From positions 20,910 through 84,909 of the forward strand of contig JAFWBI010000007.1 in assembly GCA_017507215.1 (NCBI GenBank): 64,000 nt of DNA, given 5' to 3'. The stretch is from Clostridia bacterium. Its GTDB lineage: Bacteria; Bacillota; Clostridia; Christensenellales; UBA1242. The translations under genes were made by a program, and so were the position numbers. A model generated the notes under the pieces. The model was not told where the DNA came from, did not search any database, and was given only the letters and a program-made list of their open reading frames with translations. This document shows positions 47,449 through 56,385 of this stretch, piece by piece (within the stretch, counting starts at the first letter, position 1; every line of letters starts with the position of its first letter).

Positions 47449-48485
47449 AAAAAGCTGATGATAAAAATATATATTATTTTTCACATGGTGCAGAGCTTGC
47501 TGTTGGTGACAAAATTGTTGCAAATTTTGATGAATTTCAAACAGTTGCGACAGTTGTTCGTGTTGACCCTAAGGTGAAAGAATCTGAACTTCAAGAAATG
47601 AAAAAAATCACCAGAGTTGCAACTGAAAGTGATTTGAAAAAATATAATGAACTTCAGGCAAAAGCAAAACAAAATTTGAAAACAATCAAAACAAAATCAC
47701 TTGAGCTTGGGCTTGTTATGAAGTTTGTTGGGGCTGAATATAGCTTAGACAACTCAAAAATCATCATCACATTTTCAAGTGAAGAAAGAGTTGACTTTAG
47801 GCAATTTTTAAAAGATTTGGCTTCAATGCTTAAAACTAGAATTGAACTTAAACAAATTGGTCAGAGAGATGAAGTGAAAGTTCGTGGTGGGGTTGGCCCA
47901 TGTGGAGAGCCTTGTTGTTGTGCAAGATTTTTAAATGATTTTGAGCACGTGACAGTGAAAATGGCGAAAGTTCAAGGATTGTCACTTTCACCAACAAAAA
48001 TTAACGGAATTTGCGGCAGACTTATGTGCTGCTTAGGTTATGAATCTGAGATTTATGAAGAAATTCTCTCAAAAATGCCAAAAGTGAATTCAGAAGTTAA
48101 AACAGAAAATGGAAAGGGTGTTGTTGTTTACAACGACATTCTTCGTGAAAGGGTTTCTGTGAAGCGTCAAGCTGAAGGTGACACATTTGTTGTTGAAGAT
48201 TTTCCACTTGAAGAAGTTGAATTTCCTGGACACCCAGCAAAAAAACCAGAACCTAAAAAAGAAGAAAAAGAACCTGAAGAAAAAGAAGTGAAAGTGGAAG
48301 AAAAACAAGAAAAACCACAAAAGTTTAACAAACCACAAAAGCCACACAAAGAGTCTAATGGTGAAAAGAAAGATGAAGCAAAATCTGCTGAAAAAGAAAA
48401 TGGTTCTGCTCCAAAAAAACATCATCATTTCAGACCAAAAAACAAAAATAAACAAAAGGCATATAATAATAAAAATCAGGGCTAA
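47427..48485 (+). CDS. yaaT: PSP1/YaaT (RicT) family protein
   Basis: RVDFRQ.LKDL, RIELKQIG.RDE, GPCG.PCCC, KINGICGRLMCCL. Confidence 0.92.
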   Translation: MQKIIGVKKADDKNIYYFSHGAELAVGDKIVANFDEFQTVATVVRVDPKVKESELQEMKKITRVATESDLKKYNELQAKAKQNLKTIKTKSLELGLVMKFVGAEYSLDNSKIIITFSSEERVDFRQFLKDLASMLKTRIELKQIGQRDEVKVRGGVGPCGEPCCCARFLNDFEHVTVKMAKVQGLSLSPTKINGICGRLMCCLGYESEIYEEILSKMPKVNSEVKTENGKGVVVYNDILRERVSVKRQAEGDTFVVEDFPLEEVEFPGHPAKKPEPKKEEKEPEEKEVKVEEKQEKPQKFNKPQKPHKESNGEKKDEAKSAEKENGSAPKKHHHFRPKNKNKQKAYNNKNQG

Positions 48486-48571
48486 AATTTTTAGATAATT
48501 CAAATTTTTCTTGATATAAAATCACAATGATAGTATAATAAAAATGTAAACTTTACATAAGGAGATAAAAA

Positions 48572-48748
48572 ATGGCTTACAAAATTATTTCAGAAACATG
48601 TATTGGTTGTGGAGCTTGTGCAGGCGCTTGTCCAGTTGCAGCAATCACTCCAACAGATGATGGCAAAATGGTTATTGATGAAGAAAAGTGCATTTCTTGT
48701 GGCACTTGCCAAGCTGTTTGTCCAGTAGGGGCACCTGTAAGTGAATAA
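48572..48748 (+). CDS. 2[4Fe-4S] ferredoxin (not in ORF track)
   Basis: MAYKIISETCIGCGACAGACPV...CISCGTCQAVCPVGAPVSE*; AAGGAG RBS; overlaps next gene by 8 nt. Confidence 0.95.
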   Translation: MAYKIISETCIGCGACAGACPVAAITPTDDGKMVIDEEKCISCGTCQAVCPVGAPVSE

Positions 48749-49469
48749 TCTTTTGAAAGAAAATGAAAGATTAGATGACTTAGAGCTTGATAATTTGATG
48801 ATTATTCAAGACAAAAATGGCTACAAATTCTCAACTGATTCTGTGATTCTCGCAAACTTCGCCAAGGGAAAACCTAGCGATGTTTGTGTTGACCTTTGCA
48901 GTGGTGGTGGAGTGGTAGCCATTCTTTTTTCGTACAAAAATAAAATTCGAAAAATGTATGCAGTTGAAATTCAAGAAAAGCAGGCAGAGATGTCTAGACG
49001 CTCGATTGAATATAACAACTTAAACATCGAAGTCATCAACGATGATTTAAAGAATTTAAAAAAGATTTTGGGGTCTGAGTTTGCAGATGTTATCACTGTG
49101 AATCCACCATATAACAGAGTGGGTGAAACGAGTGAGCTTGACGAAATTGCAATCTCAACTCATGAAATCAAAACCAATCTTGATGAGATTTCAAAATGTG
49201 CATCAAACGCTTTGAAGTTTGGTGGAAAGATTTATATGGTGCACAGAGCCGACAGGCTTGCTGATATAATTTCTTCACTAAAAAAATATAATCTTGAACC
49301 GAAGGTTTTAAGAGTGGTGTATCCAAAAATCTCAAAAGAACCAAATTTGGTTTTGATTGAAGCGAAAAAAGGTGCGAAGTCTGGAATCAAGATTTTGAAA
49401 CCACTTGTGCTTAACAATGAAGATGGCACCGAAACTGAAGAATTGAAGCAAATTTACTGCAGAAAGTGA
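48741..49469 (+). CDS. tRNA1(Val) A37 N6-methyltransferase-like (YabB family)
   Basis: FSTDSVILA, DLCSGGG, VNPPY. Confidence 0.85.
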   Translation: MNNLLKENERLDDLELDNLMIIQDKNGYKFSTDSVILANFAKGKPSDVCVDLCSGGGVVAILFSYKNKIRKMYAVEIQEKQAEMSRRSIEYNNLNIEVINDDLKNLKKILGSEFADVITVNPPYNRVGETSELDEIAISTHEIKTNLDEISKCASNALKFGGKIYMVHRADRLADIISSLKKYNLEPKVLRVVYPKISKEPNLVLIEAKKGAKSGIKILKPLVLNNEDGTETEELKQIYCRK

Positions 49470-49496
49470 TACTTTTTGCAGTTTTTTTTATAAAAT

Positions 49497-50003
49497 TTAT
49501 AATATTCTGCAAAAAAAGCAAGATAAAACTGCACCAATAAAAGCACTTAGCAAACAGACAGGAATTACAAATCTCAGTTTTTTCACCTTGACGGTTGAAA
49601 GGTAAACTGCCACAACATAAAAGGTTGTTTCTGATGTGCTCATAATCACACAAGCGCATTTTGAAATATAGCTATCTGCGCCATATTTGGCAAATAGTCG
49701 TGACAACATGCCCATTGAACCAGAGCCTGTGAATGGTCTGAGTATCAAAAATTCAGTTAGTTCAGAAGGCACTCCAAACAGTTTGAAAATTGGCGATGTT
49801 GCTTGCGACAAAACTGTGGATAATCCACTTATCGACAGCAGTTCAACCACTGAAAAAATTGCAACGAGATAGGGAAAGGTGTTGATGCAAAGGTCAACGG
49901 CTTGTCTTCCACCAGAAACAAAAGAATCATAGGCATTAATTTTTTTGAAAAGACTGAAAATAAGAACAAACATGATAAATATTGGAATGATGTAAGCTGT
50001 CAT
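49497..50003 (-). CDS. spmB: Spore maturation protein B
   Basis: LRPFTGSGS, STSETTFYV; overlaps spmA. Confidence 0.92.
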   Translation of the reverse strand: MTAYIIPIFIMFVLIFSLFKKINAYDSFVSGGRQAVDLCINTFPYLVAIFSVVELLSISGLSTVLSQATSPIFKLFGVPSELTEFLILRPFTGSGSMGMLSRLFAKYGADSYISKCACVIMSTSETTFYVVAVYLSTVKVKKLRFVIPVCLLSAFIGAVLSCFFCRIL

Positions 50004-50599
50004 AGTTGTCCTTTTTTACCTTTTATTTTCTTTGAAATAAAGTGAAAAATGTAAACCAGCAAAATGGCGATTGTGGTTGAAAGAATAGAGCATAAAATTG
50101 ACGGCAAAATTATGCCTGATGGGTTTTTGCTTCCGGCATTTGAAAGCATGCCAATTATTGACGTTGGCAAAATTTGAATACTTGAACAGCTGATTGCAAT
50201 AAGCATTATCATTGGAAAAGTGATGGTGTCTTTTTTTGTGTTATCTTTTTGCATTGACTCGATGGCTTTGATTCCGAGTGGGGTGGCTGCGCCACTCATT
50301 CCGAGCAAGTTTGCAGACATGTTCATTGAAACATATTTGCGACTTTCTTCTGAAAGGTTGTTTTTGCCGAAAATTTTGTTTATAATTGGGGATAGAAGTT
50401 TGGAAACTTTTTTTGAAAGTCCACTTTGTTCTAAAATGGAAAACAACCCAATCCAAATGGCATAGATTGCACAGAGTTCAAAAGAAAGCTTCACGGCACT
50501 GTTTGAAGCTGAGAGAAGTCCTGTCAAAACTTTTGACGGTTCAGACAAACAAATTGCTAAAATGCTTGAAACAAAAAGACAAATCCAAATTTTATTCAT
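50000..50599 (-). CDS. spmA: Spore maturation protein A
   Basis: NMSANLLGMSGAATPLGIKA. Confidence 0.92.
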   Translation of the reverse strand: MNKIWICLFVSSILAICLSEPSKVLTGLLSASNSAVKLSFELCAIYAIWIGLFSILEQSGLSKKVSKLLSPIINKIFGKNNLSEESRKYVSMNMSANLLGMSGAATPLGIKAIESMQKDNTKKDTITFPMIMLIAISCSSIQILPTSIIGMLSNAGSKNPSGIILPSILCSILSTTIAILLVYIFHFISKKIKGKKGQL

Positions 50600-50640
50600 A
50601 TTAAAAAATATGATTTAAAATATAAAATTATGAGGCAAAT

Positions 50641-51402
50641 ATGATTGATACACACGCACATTTACTTTATTTTGATGATGTTGATGAAATTATAAATTCA
50701 ATGGAAAGTCAAGGACTTGAGAATATTGTCACCATTGGCACAACTGTTGAAGATTCAGCAGATAGCATAGCTCTTGCAGAAAAGCATAAAAACATCTATG
50801 CGACTGTTGGAATTTATCCTGAATATTCAAACCTTACAACAGAAGAAGATTTGAAAAAACTTAAAGAACTTGCAAAACATGAAAAAGTTGTTGCGATTGG
50901 TGAAATTGGGCTTGATTATCACAATGAAGTTTTTGATGCAGAAGCTCAAAAGAAACTTTTTATTCAACAACTTGAAATTGCAGATGAACTTGGTCTTCCG
51001 TTTTGCATTCACTGCAGAAAGGCTGTTTCTGACCTTTATGAAGTGCTTAGCACTCATAAACATTTGATTAAATATGGTGGGCTTATGCACTGCTACAGCG
51101 AAGGTGCAGAGTGGGTGAAAAAGTTTATTGACCTTGGAATGTATATCAGTTTTTCTGGCAACATAACTTACAAAAAAAGTGACAGGTCATTTTTGAAAGA
51201 CATTCCACTTGACAGAATTGTTGTTGAAACTGATGCGCCATATCTTTCTCCAGAACCAAGAAGGGGAAAAGAAAACAGACCTGAGTATGTCAAACTCACA
51301 GCAGAGCGTATTGCAGATGAACTTGAAATGAGTTATGATGAGTTTGATAAGATAGTAACAAAAAACGCAAAAAGGTTCTATTTTAAGATAAAAAACGCAT
51401 AA
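50641..51402 (+). CDS. tatD: TatD family hydrolase
   Basis: IDTHAH, IGEIGLDY, IHCR, MHCY, ETDAPY. Confidence 0.93.
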   Translation: MIDTHAHLLYFDDVDEIINSMESQGLENIVTIGTTVEDSADSIALAEKHKNIYATVGIYPEYSNLTTEEDLKKLKELAKHEKVVAIGEIGLDYHNEVFDAEAQKKLFIQQLEIADELGLPFCIHCRKAVSDLYEVLSTHKHLIKYGGLMHCYSEGAEWVKKFIDLGMYISFSGNITYKKSDRSFLKDIPLDRIVVETDAPYLSPEPRRGKENRPEYVKLTAERIADELEMSYDEFDKIVTKNAKRFYFKIKNA

Positions 51403-51413
51403 AAAGGGGTTTT

Positions 51414-52208
51414 ATGGATAAGTTTGATTTTAAGAAAAAATTTGGTCAAAATTTCTTAACCGACAAGAATTTGCTCACGCAAATCGTGGAAAAATCAGGT
51501 GTTATGTCTGACGATGTAGTGGTTGAGATAGGTGCTGGAAGGGGTGCACTCACAGAAGTTTTGTCGGCATATGCAAAAAAAGTGTATTCTTTTGAAATAG
51601 ATAAGGAACTTTTTGCGTTTTTGGGTGAAAAGTTTGATGGCACAAATGTTCAAATGATTTTCGAAGATGTTATGAAAGTGACAGATGAAGAAATCAATAA
51701 GCTAGTTGGTGGCAAGTTTAAACTTGTGGCAAACCTTCCATATTATGTTACATCACCAATCTTGACCAGATTTTTGCAAAACGAAAACATGGTGTCTTGT
51801 ACGGTTATGGTTCAAGAAGAAGTTGCTGACAGAATTGTGGCTGAACCAAAAACAAAAGACTATGGTGTTTTGACTGTTATTTGTCAAATGTTTGGTGATG
51901 CGAAAAAGGCGATTAGGGTGAACAGAAAAATGTTTTATCCGGTTCCAAATGTTGATTCGGCAGTGGTTAGAATTGATAAAAAAGAAGATTGCGTGGCTCA
52001 AAACTTTCCAGCATTTATTGAGTTTGTGAAAAAGGCTTTTTCAATGCGCAGAAAAAAACTTTCTAGCAATCTTGAAACTCAAAAGTTGAAAAAAACTGAA
52101 ATTGAAAAATTGCTTGTCGAAAATGGATTCTCTGAAATGGCAAGGGCTGAAGAGTTGTCGATTTCTGATTTTAAGAAATTCTTTGCTTTGCTTAATGACA
52201 AAATGTGA
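51414..52208 (+). CDS. rsmA: 16S rRNA dimethyladenosine transferase
   Basis: KKFGQNFL, EIGAGRG, ANLPYY, PVPNVDS. Confidence 0.96.
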   Translation: MDKFDFKKKFGQNFLTDKNLLTQIVEKSGVMSDDVVVEIGAGRGALTEVLSAYAKKVYSFEIDKELFAFLGEKFDGTNVQMIFEDVMKVTDEEINKLVGGKFKLVANLPYYVTSPILTRFLQNENMVSCTVMVQEEVADRIVAEPKTKDYGVLTVICQMFGDAKKAIRVNRKMFYPVPNVDSAVVRIDKKEDCVAQNFPAFIEFVKKAFSMRRKKLSSNLETQKLKKTEIEKLLVENGFSEMARAEELSISDFKKFFALLNDKM

Positions 52209-52342
52209 TTAATGTTGCCAAATTTGTTGATTTGCGACTTATAAACATCTTGACAAAGTGGGGTAAACATTTATAATATTATTGTAGTAAATTACTTAGA
52301 CTCGAAAACTCTATATTTTTTCGGGCGAAATATGAGGGCTTT

Positions 52343-53875
52343 ATGAAAAAGATTTTGAAAATTACACTTTCTGTTGCACTTGCTTTTGTTTGTTTATTCT
52401 CATTCACAGCGTGCAAGAAAAAGATTTCTGCAACAACTGTTGACACATCAAAAGTTGCAGCTTCAAATGGAGAATCAACCAATGGTGGTATCTCTGTTGT
52501 TCATGATGGATATTTATATTTCATCAATGGTATGAAAACCAACGATGGAACAGGACTTAGTGGCAACAAAAAGTCTGCAATTTGCAGAGTTGAATATAAC
52601 AATGGAACTATTGATGAAGACACATACGAAATTGTTGTTGATGACCTTGTTGGCTTTGAAGATGGTTCACTTTATGTTTTTGGTGATTTCTTATATTACA
52701 CAACACCATGTTCAGACAAAAACAACAAAGCAACAGTTCTCTATAACAAAACATCATTCATGCGTTATGATTTAGTTAACGAAAAATCATATGAAATCTT
52801 CACAACTGCTCAAAATGTTGCAGATGAAGCAATCACATATGCTTATTATGTTGTTGGCGACAAGTTAAACTTGGTTGTTTATGAAAAGAAAAATGCAACC
52901 ATTACAAGCCTTAATATCAACAAAAAAGTTACAACAAACTATGTTATTTCAGGTGTTGAATCTTGTGTTCTTGGTGAAAACAATGGCATTAAAGTTACAA
53001 CAGATTCTGAAAAAGATGCAAACAACTTCGTGTTCTACACAACAGGACATTCAAGCGTTGAAGAAGACAAAATTCAAACAGGAAACAAGGTTTACAGAAC
53101 TTCTCCTGTAACAAATGACTCTTCACTTATTTGCGATAATGGTTCTTCAATTTCAATCCTTATGGTTAGAAATGGAAAACTTGTTTATGCTTGTGACACA
53201 AGACTTTATGCAGAACTTATCACTGGTGCAAAAAATGAAACATTAAAGTTGGATACAGCAAATGTTATTGCTCATAACTATTCAACAGAAGCAAGCTATT
53301 TGTTTATTGAAAACGAAGATGGTTCAATTTCTGTTCTTTATTATGATTCAACAGCTTATAACTTGAACATTATCACTTGGAAGAATTCAGTCTTAGAACC
53401 TGTAACAATTCAAGAGTTCACAAAAGATGACAAGTTTGAATTCATCACAACAACCACTCTCACAGAAACTGAAGAAGCTGAAGGTGATGAACCAGCTGAA
53501 ACCCATGATGTTACATATTTAATTTATATCAACAACAAAAAACTTTATAAGATTGAAATTGCTTTAGATGGCAAATATTCAGATTCAGTTTTTGCTGAAC
53601 CAATTCAACTCACAACCACTGAAGTTACAAGTGCAACTGGTCTTTTGGTTCCAGAAGTTGTTGATGACTATGTTTATATTTTCGCACTTGATTCAAACAA
53701 GAGCACATATCTTCATAGAACAGACGTGACAATTGATGTTAACGTTTCTGAACTTGAAGAAGATGACGATAAGAAAGCTAAGTTTGTTGGAATCAAAGAT
53801 AAAGCAGATGCTGAAAAAGATGCAGAAGCTGCAAAGAAAGAAGAAGAAAAAAAGAATGAAGAAGATAAAAAATAA
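52343..53875 (+). CDS. Lipoprotein, beta-rich, unknown function
   Basis: Signal peptide with FTAC lipobox; NGGISVVHDGYLYFING. Confidence 0.75.
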   Translation: MKKILKITLSVALAFVCLFSFTACKKKISATTVDTSKVAASNGESTNGGISVVHDGYLYFINGMKTNDGTGLSGNKKSAICRVEYNNGTIDEDTYEIVVDDLVGFEDGSLYVFGDFLYYTTPCSDKNNKATVLYNKTSFMRYDLVNEKSYEIFTTAQNVADEAITYAYYVVGDKLNLVVYEKKNATITSLNINKKVTTNYVISGVESCVLGENNGIKVTTDSEKDANNFVFYTTGHSSVEEDKIQTGNKVYRTSPVTNDSSLICDNGSSISILMVRNGKLVYACDTRLYAELITGAKNETLKLDTANVIAHNYSTEASYLFIENEDGSISVLYYDSTAYNLNIITWKNSVLEPVTIQEFTKDDKFEFITTTTLTETEEAEGDEPAETHDVTYLIYINNKKLYKIEIALDGKYSDSVFAEPIQLTTTEVTSATGLLVPEVVDDYVYIFALDSNKSTYLHRTDVTIDVNVSELEEDDDKKAKFVGIKDKADAEKDAEAAKKEEEKKNEEDKK

Positions 53876-53962
53876 AACAAGGCAATTATGCCTTGTTTTT
53901 TTGTGAATAAATAAAATAAAGAAAACACCCACCAGATAGGTGAGTGTTTTTCGTTTGTGATT

Positions 53963-54211
53963 TTATTTGTGATTTTGTTTATATTCTTTGAGTGCTCTTG
54001 CAAATTGGTCTGGGCAAGAAGTTCCGTTTCTGCATTGCGTTCCTTCTAAAAGTTCGATAAGCTCATCAATTTTTCTGCCTTTTGCAAGTTTTGAAACGCC
54101 TTGAGTGTTTCCAGCGCAGCCACCATTGAATTTAACATTGGTAACGATGTCGCCATCAACTTCAAATTCGATTGTTCTTGAGCAAACACCAGAAGTTTTA
54201 AAAATTTCCAT
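53963..54211 (-). CDS. TIGR03905 TSCPD-domain protein
   Basis: GVCSR.I, GGCAGN.QG, TSCPDQ. Confidence 0.9.
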   Translation of the reverse strand: MEIFKTSGVCSRTIEFEVDGDIVTNVKFNGGCAGNTQGVSKLAKGRKIDELIELLEGTQCRNGTSCPDQFARALKEYKQNHK

Positions 54212-54215
54212 AGTT

Positions 54216-54734
54216 TTAATCTCCATCAATTAATATTTCATATATATCGGCATAAACTTTGCTGGCTGAATCGTTCCACTTTTTATAAACTTTGACAGCT
54301 TCAGCACGGTTTGCAACATTTAATGTGAGTTCAAGCTTTGTGCTTGTTGGGTCGGTTATTTTTAATTTAACGGTGTAAGTTCCGTCAATGTTTTTGAAAT
54401 AGTCTTTAAAGTACTCTTGATTTTTTTTGAAAATCCTACGATTTTTCTTAACATACGATTTAATTTCATCTCTAACTGAAAATGGAATTTTATGATGAAA
54501 ATAATGCAAACAGTTATGACCTTCTTCAGTCATTTTATAATATTTATTGTTTCCGTTTGAACACAAAACCAAAAATCTAGCGTCAACAAGTTCTGGCACG
54601 ATTTCAGCGAGTGTCATGTATGACAGCCAGTTGTTTTGACTGCAACACATATCGTTGAGTGTATCAGTTGTGACGGGGATTTCCATTTGTTCAAACACAT
54701 ATAATAAAATCAATTTGCTAATCGTGGTGTCCAT
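54216..54734 (-). CDS. DUF4364 family protein
   Basis: KLILLY N-terminus, wHTH-like Y.MTEEG; typical neighbour of TIGR03905. Confidence 0.75.
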   Translation of the reverse strand: MDTTISKLILLYVFEQMEIPVTTDTLNDMCCSQNNWLSYMTLAEIVPELVDARFLVLCSNGNNKYYKMTEEGHNCLHYFHHKIPFSVRDEIKSYVKKNRRIFKKNQEYFKDYFKNIDGTYTVKLKITDPTSTKLELTLNVANRAEAVKVYKKWNDSASKVYADIYEILIDGD

Positions 54735-54889
54735 AAAAAATCCTTAAAAAATGTACTAGCAATACTATATCATAGAAAAGAAAAAAAATAAATACTTTAT
54801 TGCCATTTTTGATTTTTTTTAAATTTAATTCGTGTGCATAAAATTTTTAGTTGTGTTATTTTTCACTGTTTGTTATATTATTAATGTAG

Positions 54890-55645
54890 GTGAAGTCTAT
54901 GACAAATGAAAAAAAGTTGCAGGAAATTCAAGGGTTTTTGGTTAGTGTCAAAAATATGCTTGAATCTAAATATATTCTGATAGACAGAAGGGTGGCAGAC
55001 ATTCTTCGCTCGATTGCAGAAACCAATGTGGTTTACAACTTGATTGCAGAGTGCATGATTAATTTTGACTTTGCGTATGAGTGGCAAAGGGCGACAGAAG
55101 GAAACTATTTGAAGTTGCCTGAATCAGACCCAAAAAGAATATCATTTATATTCTGTTTGCTTAATAATATTGACGACAGAAACATTGATGTTACTGCTGT
55201 GCTTGAAAGATTCTTTTCGTATGATATTGCATATTCGCCATATGATTTGTTTTGCAAATATGTGATTGCTGAATTTAGAAGACTTATTTTAAAGCATTTA
55301 AATATCGAAATTTCAGCTCCAAAGCATGTGAAATTTGAAGCACCTGAAGTTGATGCTCAAGTTAAAGAACCAGAAATTGATGATTATGAAAAATTATCGC
55401 TTGTTTTAAGAGATTTGGTTAAGTTTTTGGGTGAGCAGAAAAAACTCAAAAATTTGATTATGCCAAAATATGACTTGATTGCTGTTGTGTCAACTTTTGA
55501 GCAGGTGGCAAGAAATAGGCAAATTGAATATTTTTATGCGTTTTTGGTAACCTTGAACTCAGTTGCACCAAAAAATAAAGAACTTAGAACTATGCTTGCA
55601 GAAATCAACAGGCTTGCAAGCACGCTTATCTCAAAAAGAAAATAA
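54890..55645 (+). CDS. Hypothetical protein
   Basis: 251-aa ORF; no family recognised. Confidence 0.7.
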   Translation: MKSMTNEKKLQEIQGFLVSVKNMLESKYILIDRRVADILRSIAETNVVYNLIAECMINFDFAYEWQRATEGNYLKLPESDPKRISFIFCLLNNIDDRNIDVTAVLERFFSYDIAYSPYDLFCKYVIAEFRRLILKHLNIEISAPKHVKFEAPEVDAQVKEPEIDDYEKLSLVLRDLVKFLGEQKKLKNLIMPKYDLIAVVSTFEQVARNRQIEYFYAFLVTLNSVAPKNKELRTMLAEINRLASTLISKRK

Positions 55646-55655
55646 GGAGATTTTT

Positions 55656-56057
55656 ATGGCAAAAAAACAACAAATCAATCTTGCAGATTATTCTGATGAA
55701 GACCTTATTGCAACCAAAAACAGGTTGGCGATTGAATATGGTCGAATTCTTGATGAGTGCAGCACTGAAATTGCGTATTTGGTGAATGAGAAAAAGGTTG
55801 ACCCTTATTCATTTTTTGGGGAAAGAAAAATAAATAAAGTTATCACGAGATATGCAGATATGTCTTCAGATGTTCAAATTGCGATGGAAGAAATTGGAAT
55901 TGAACTTGAAAAGAGAGATAACTTTAAATATGAACAAAGTTTCATCGGTGGTAAAAAATACTTTGATGACAGCATTTCTCAAGAAGAGTTTTTGAGAAAA
56001 GAAGCTCTCAAAACTTTGAAGCATCAAAGCGCATTAAAACAAGACGAAGAAGAATAA
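55656..56057 (+). CDS. Hypothetical protein
   Basis: ATG 55656 after AAGGAG. Confidence 0.7.
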   Translation: MAKKQQINLADYSDEDLIATKNRLAIEYGRILDECSTEIAYLVNEKKVDPYSFFGERKINKVITRYADMSSDVQIAMEEIGIELEKRDNFKYEQSFIGGKKYFDDSISQEEFLRKEALKTLKHQSALKQDEEE

Positions 56058-56076
56058 AAATTTTAAAACAAAAGCA

Positions 56077-56105
56077 TTGCATTATGTCAAAAATAGTGAT
56101 ATAAT
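56077..56105 (+). promoter_or_regulatory. Sigma-A promoter of the tRNA gene
   Basis: TTGCAT, 17 nt, TG-N-TATAAT. Confidence 0.75.
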
Positions 56106-56119
56106 GCCAATGTTGATAT

Positions 56120-56194
56120 GGCATCATAGTCTAGCGGCTAGGACACACGCCTCTCACGCGTGGGACCGGAGTTCGATTCTCCGTGGTGCTACCA
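56120..56194 (+). tRNA. tRNA-Glu (anticodon CTC)
   Basis: GGCATCA/TGGTGCT acceptor stem, CACGC-CT-CTC-AC-GCGTG anticodon arm, GTTCGATT T-loop, encoded CCA. Confidence 0.95.
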
Positions 56195-56196
56195 AT

Positions 56197-56234
56197 AAAA
56201 AAAAGAGAAGAATGAAAATTCTTCTCTTTTTTTT
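56197..56234 (+). terminator. tRNA terminator
   Basis: AAAAAAAAGAGAAGAAT-GAAA-ATTCTTCTCTTTTTTT. Confidence 0.85.
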
Positions 56235-56385
56235 GTTAAAATCATTACGTTAGACACAGGAAATATAGAAAGTTAAATAGTTTTGTTTTTATAATAAAAA
56301 ATATGTGAAAACATTGATTTTATGAGCGTTTTGTTGTAAAATTGATATAATAATAGAATGAAAATATGTGCCTAAAAGGTGATTT

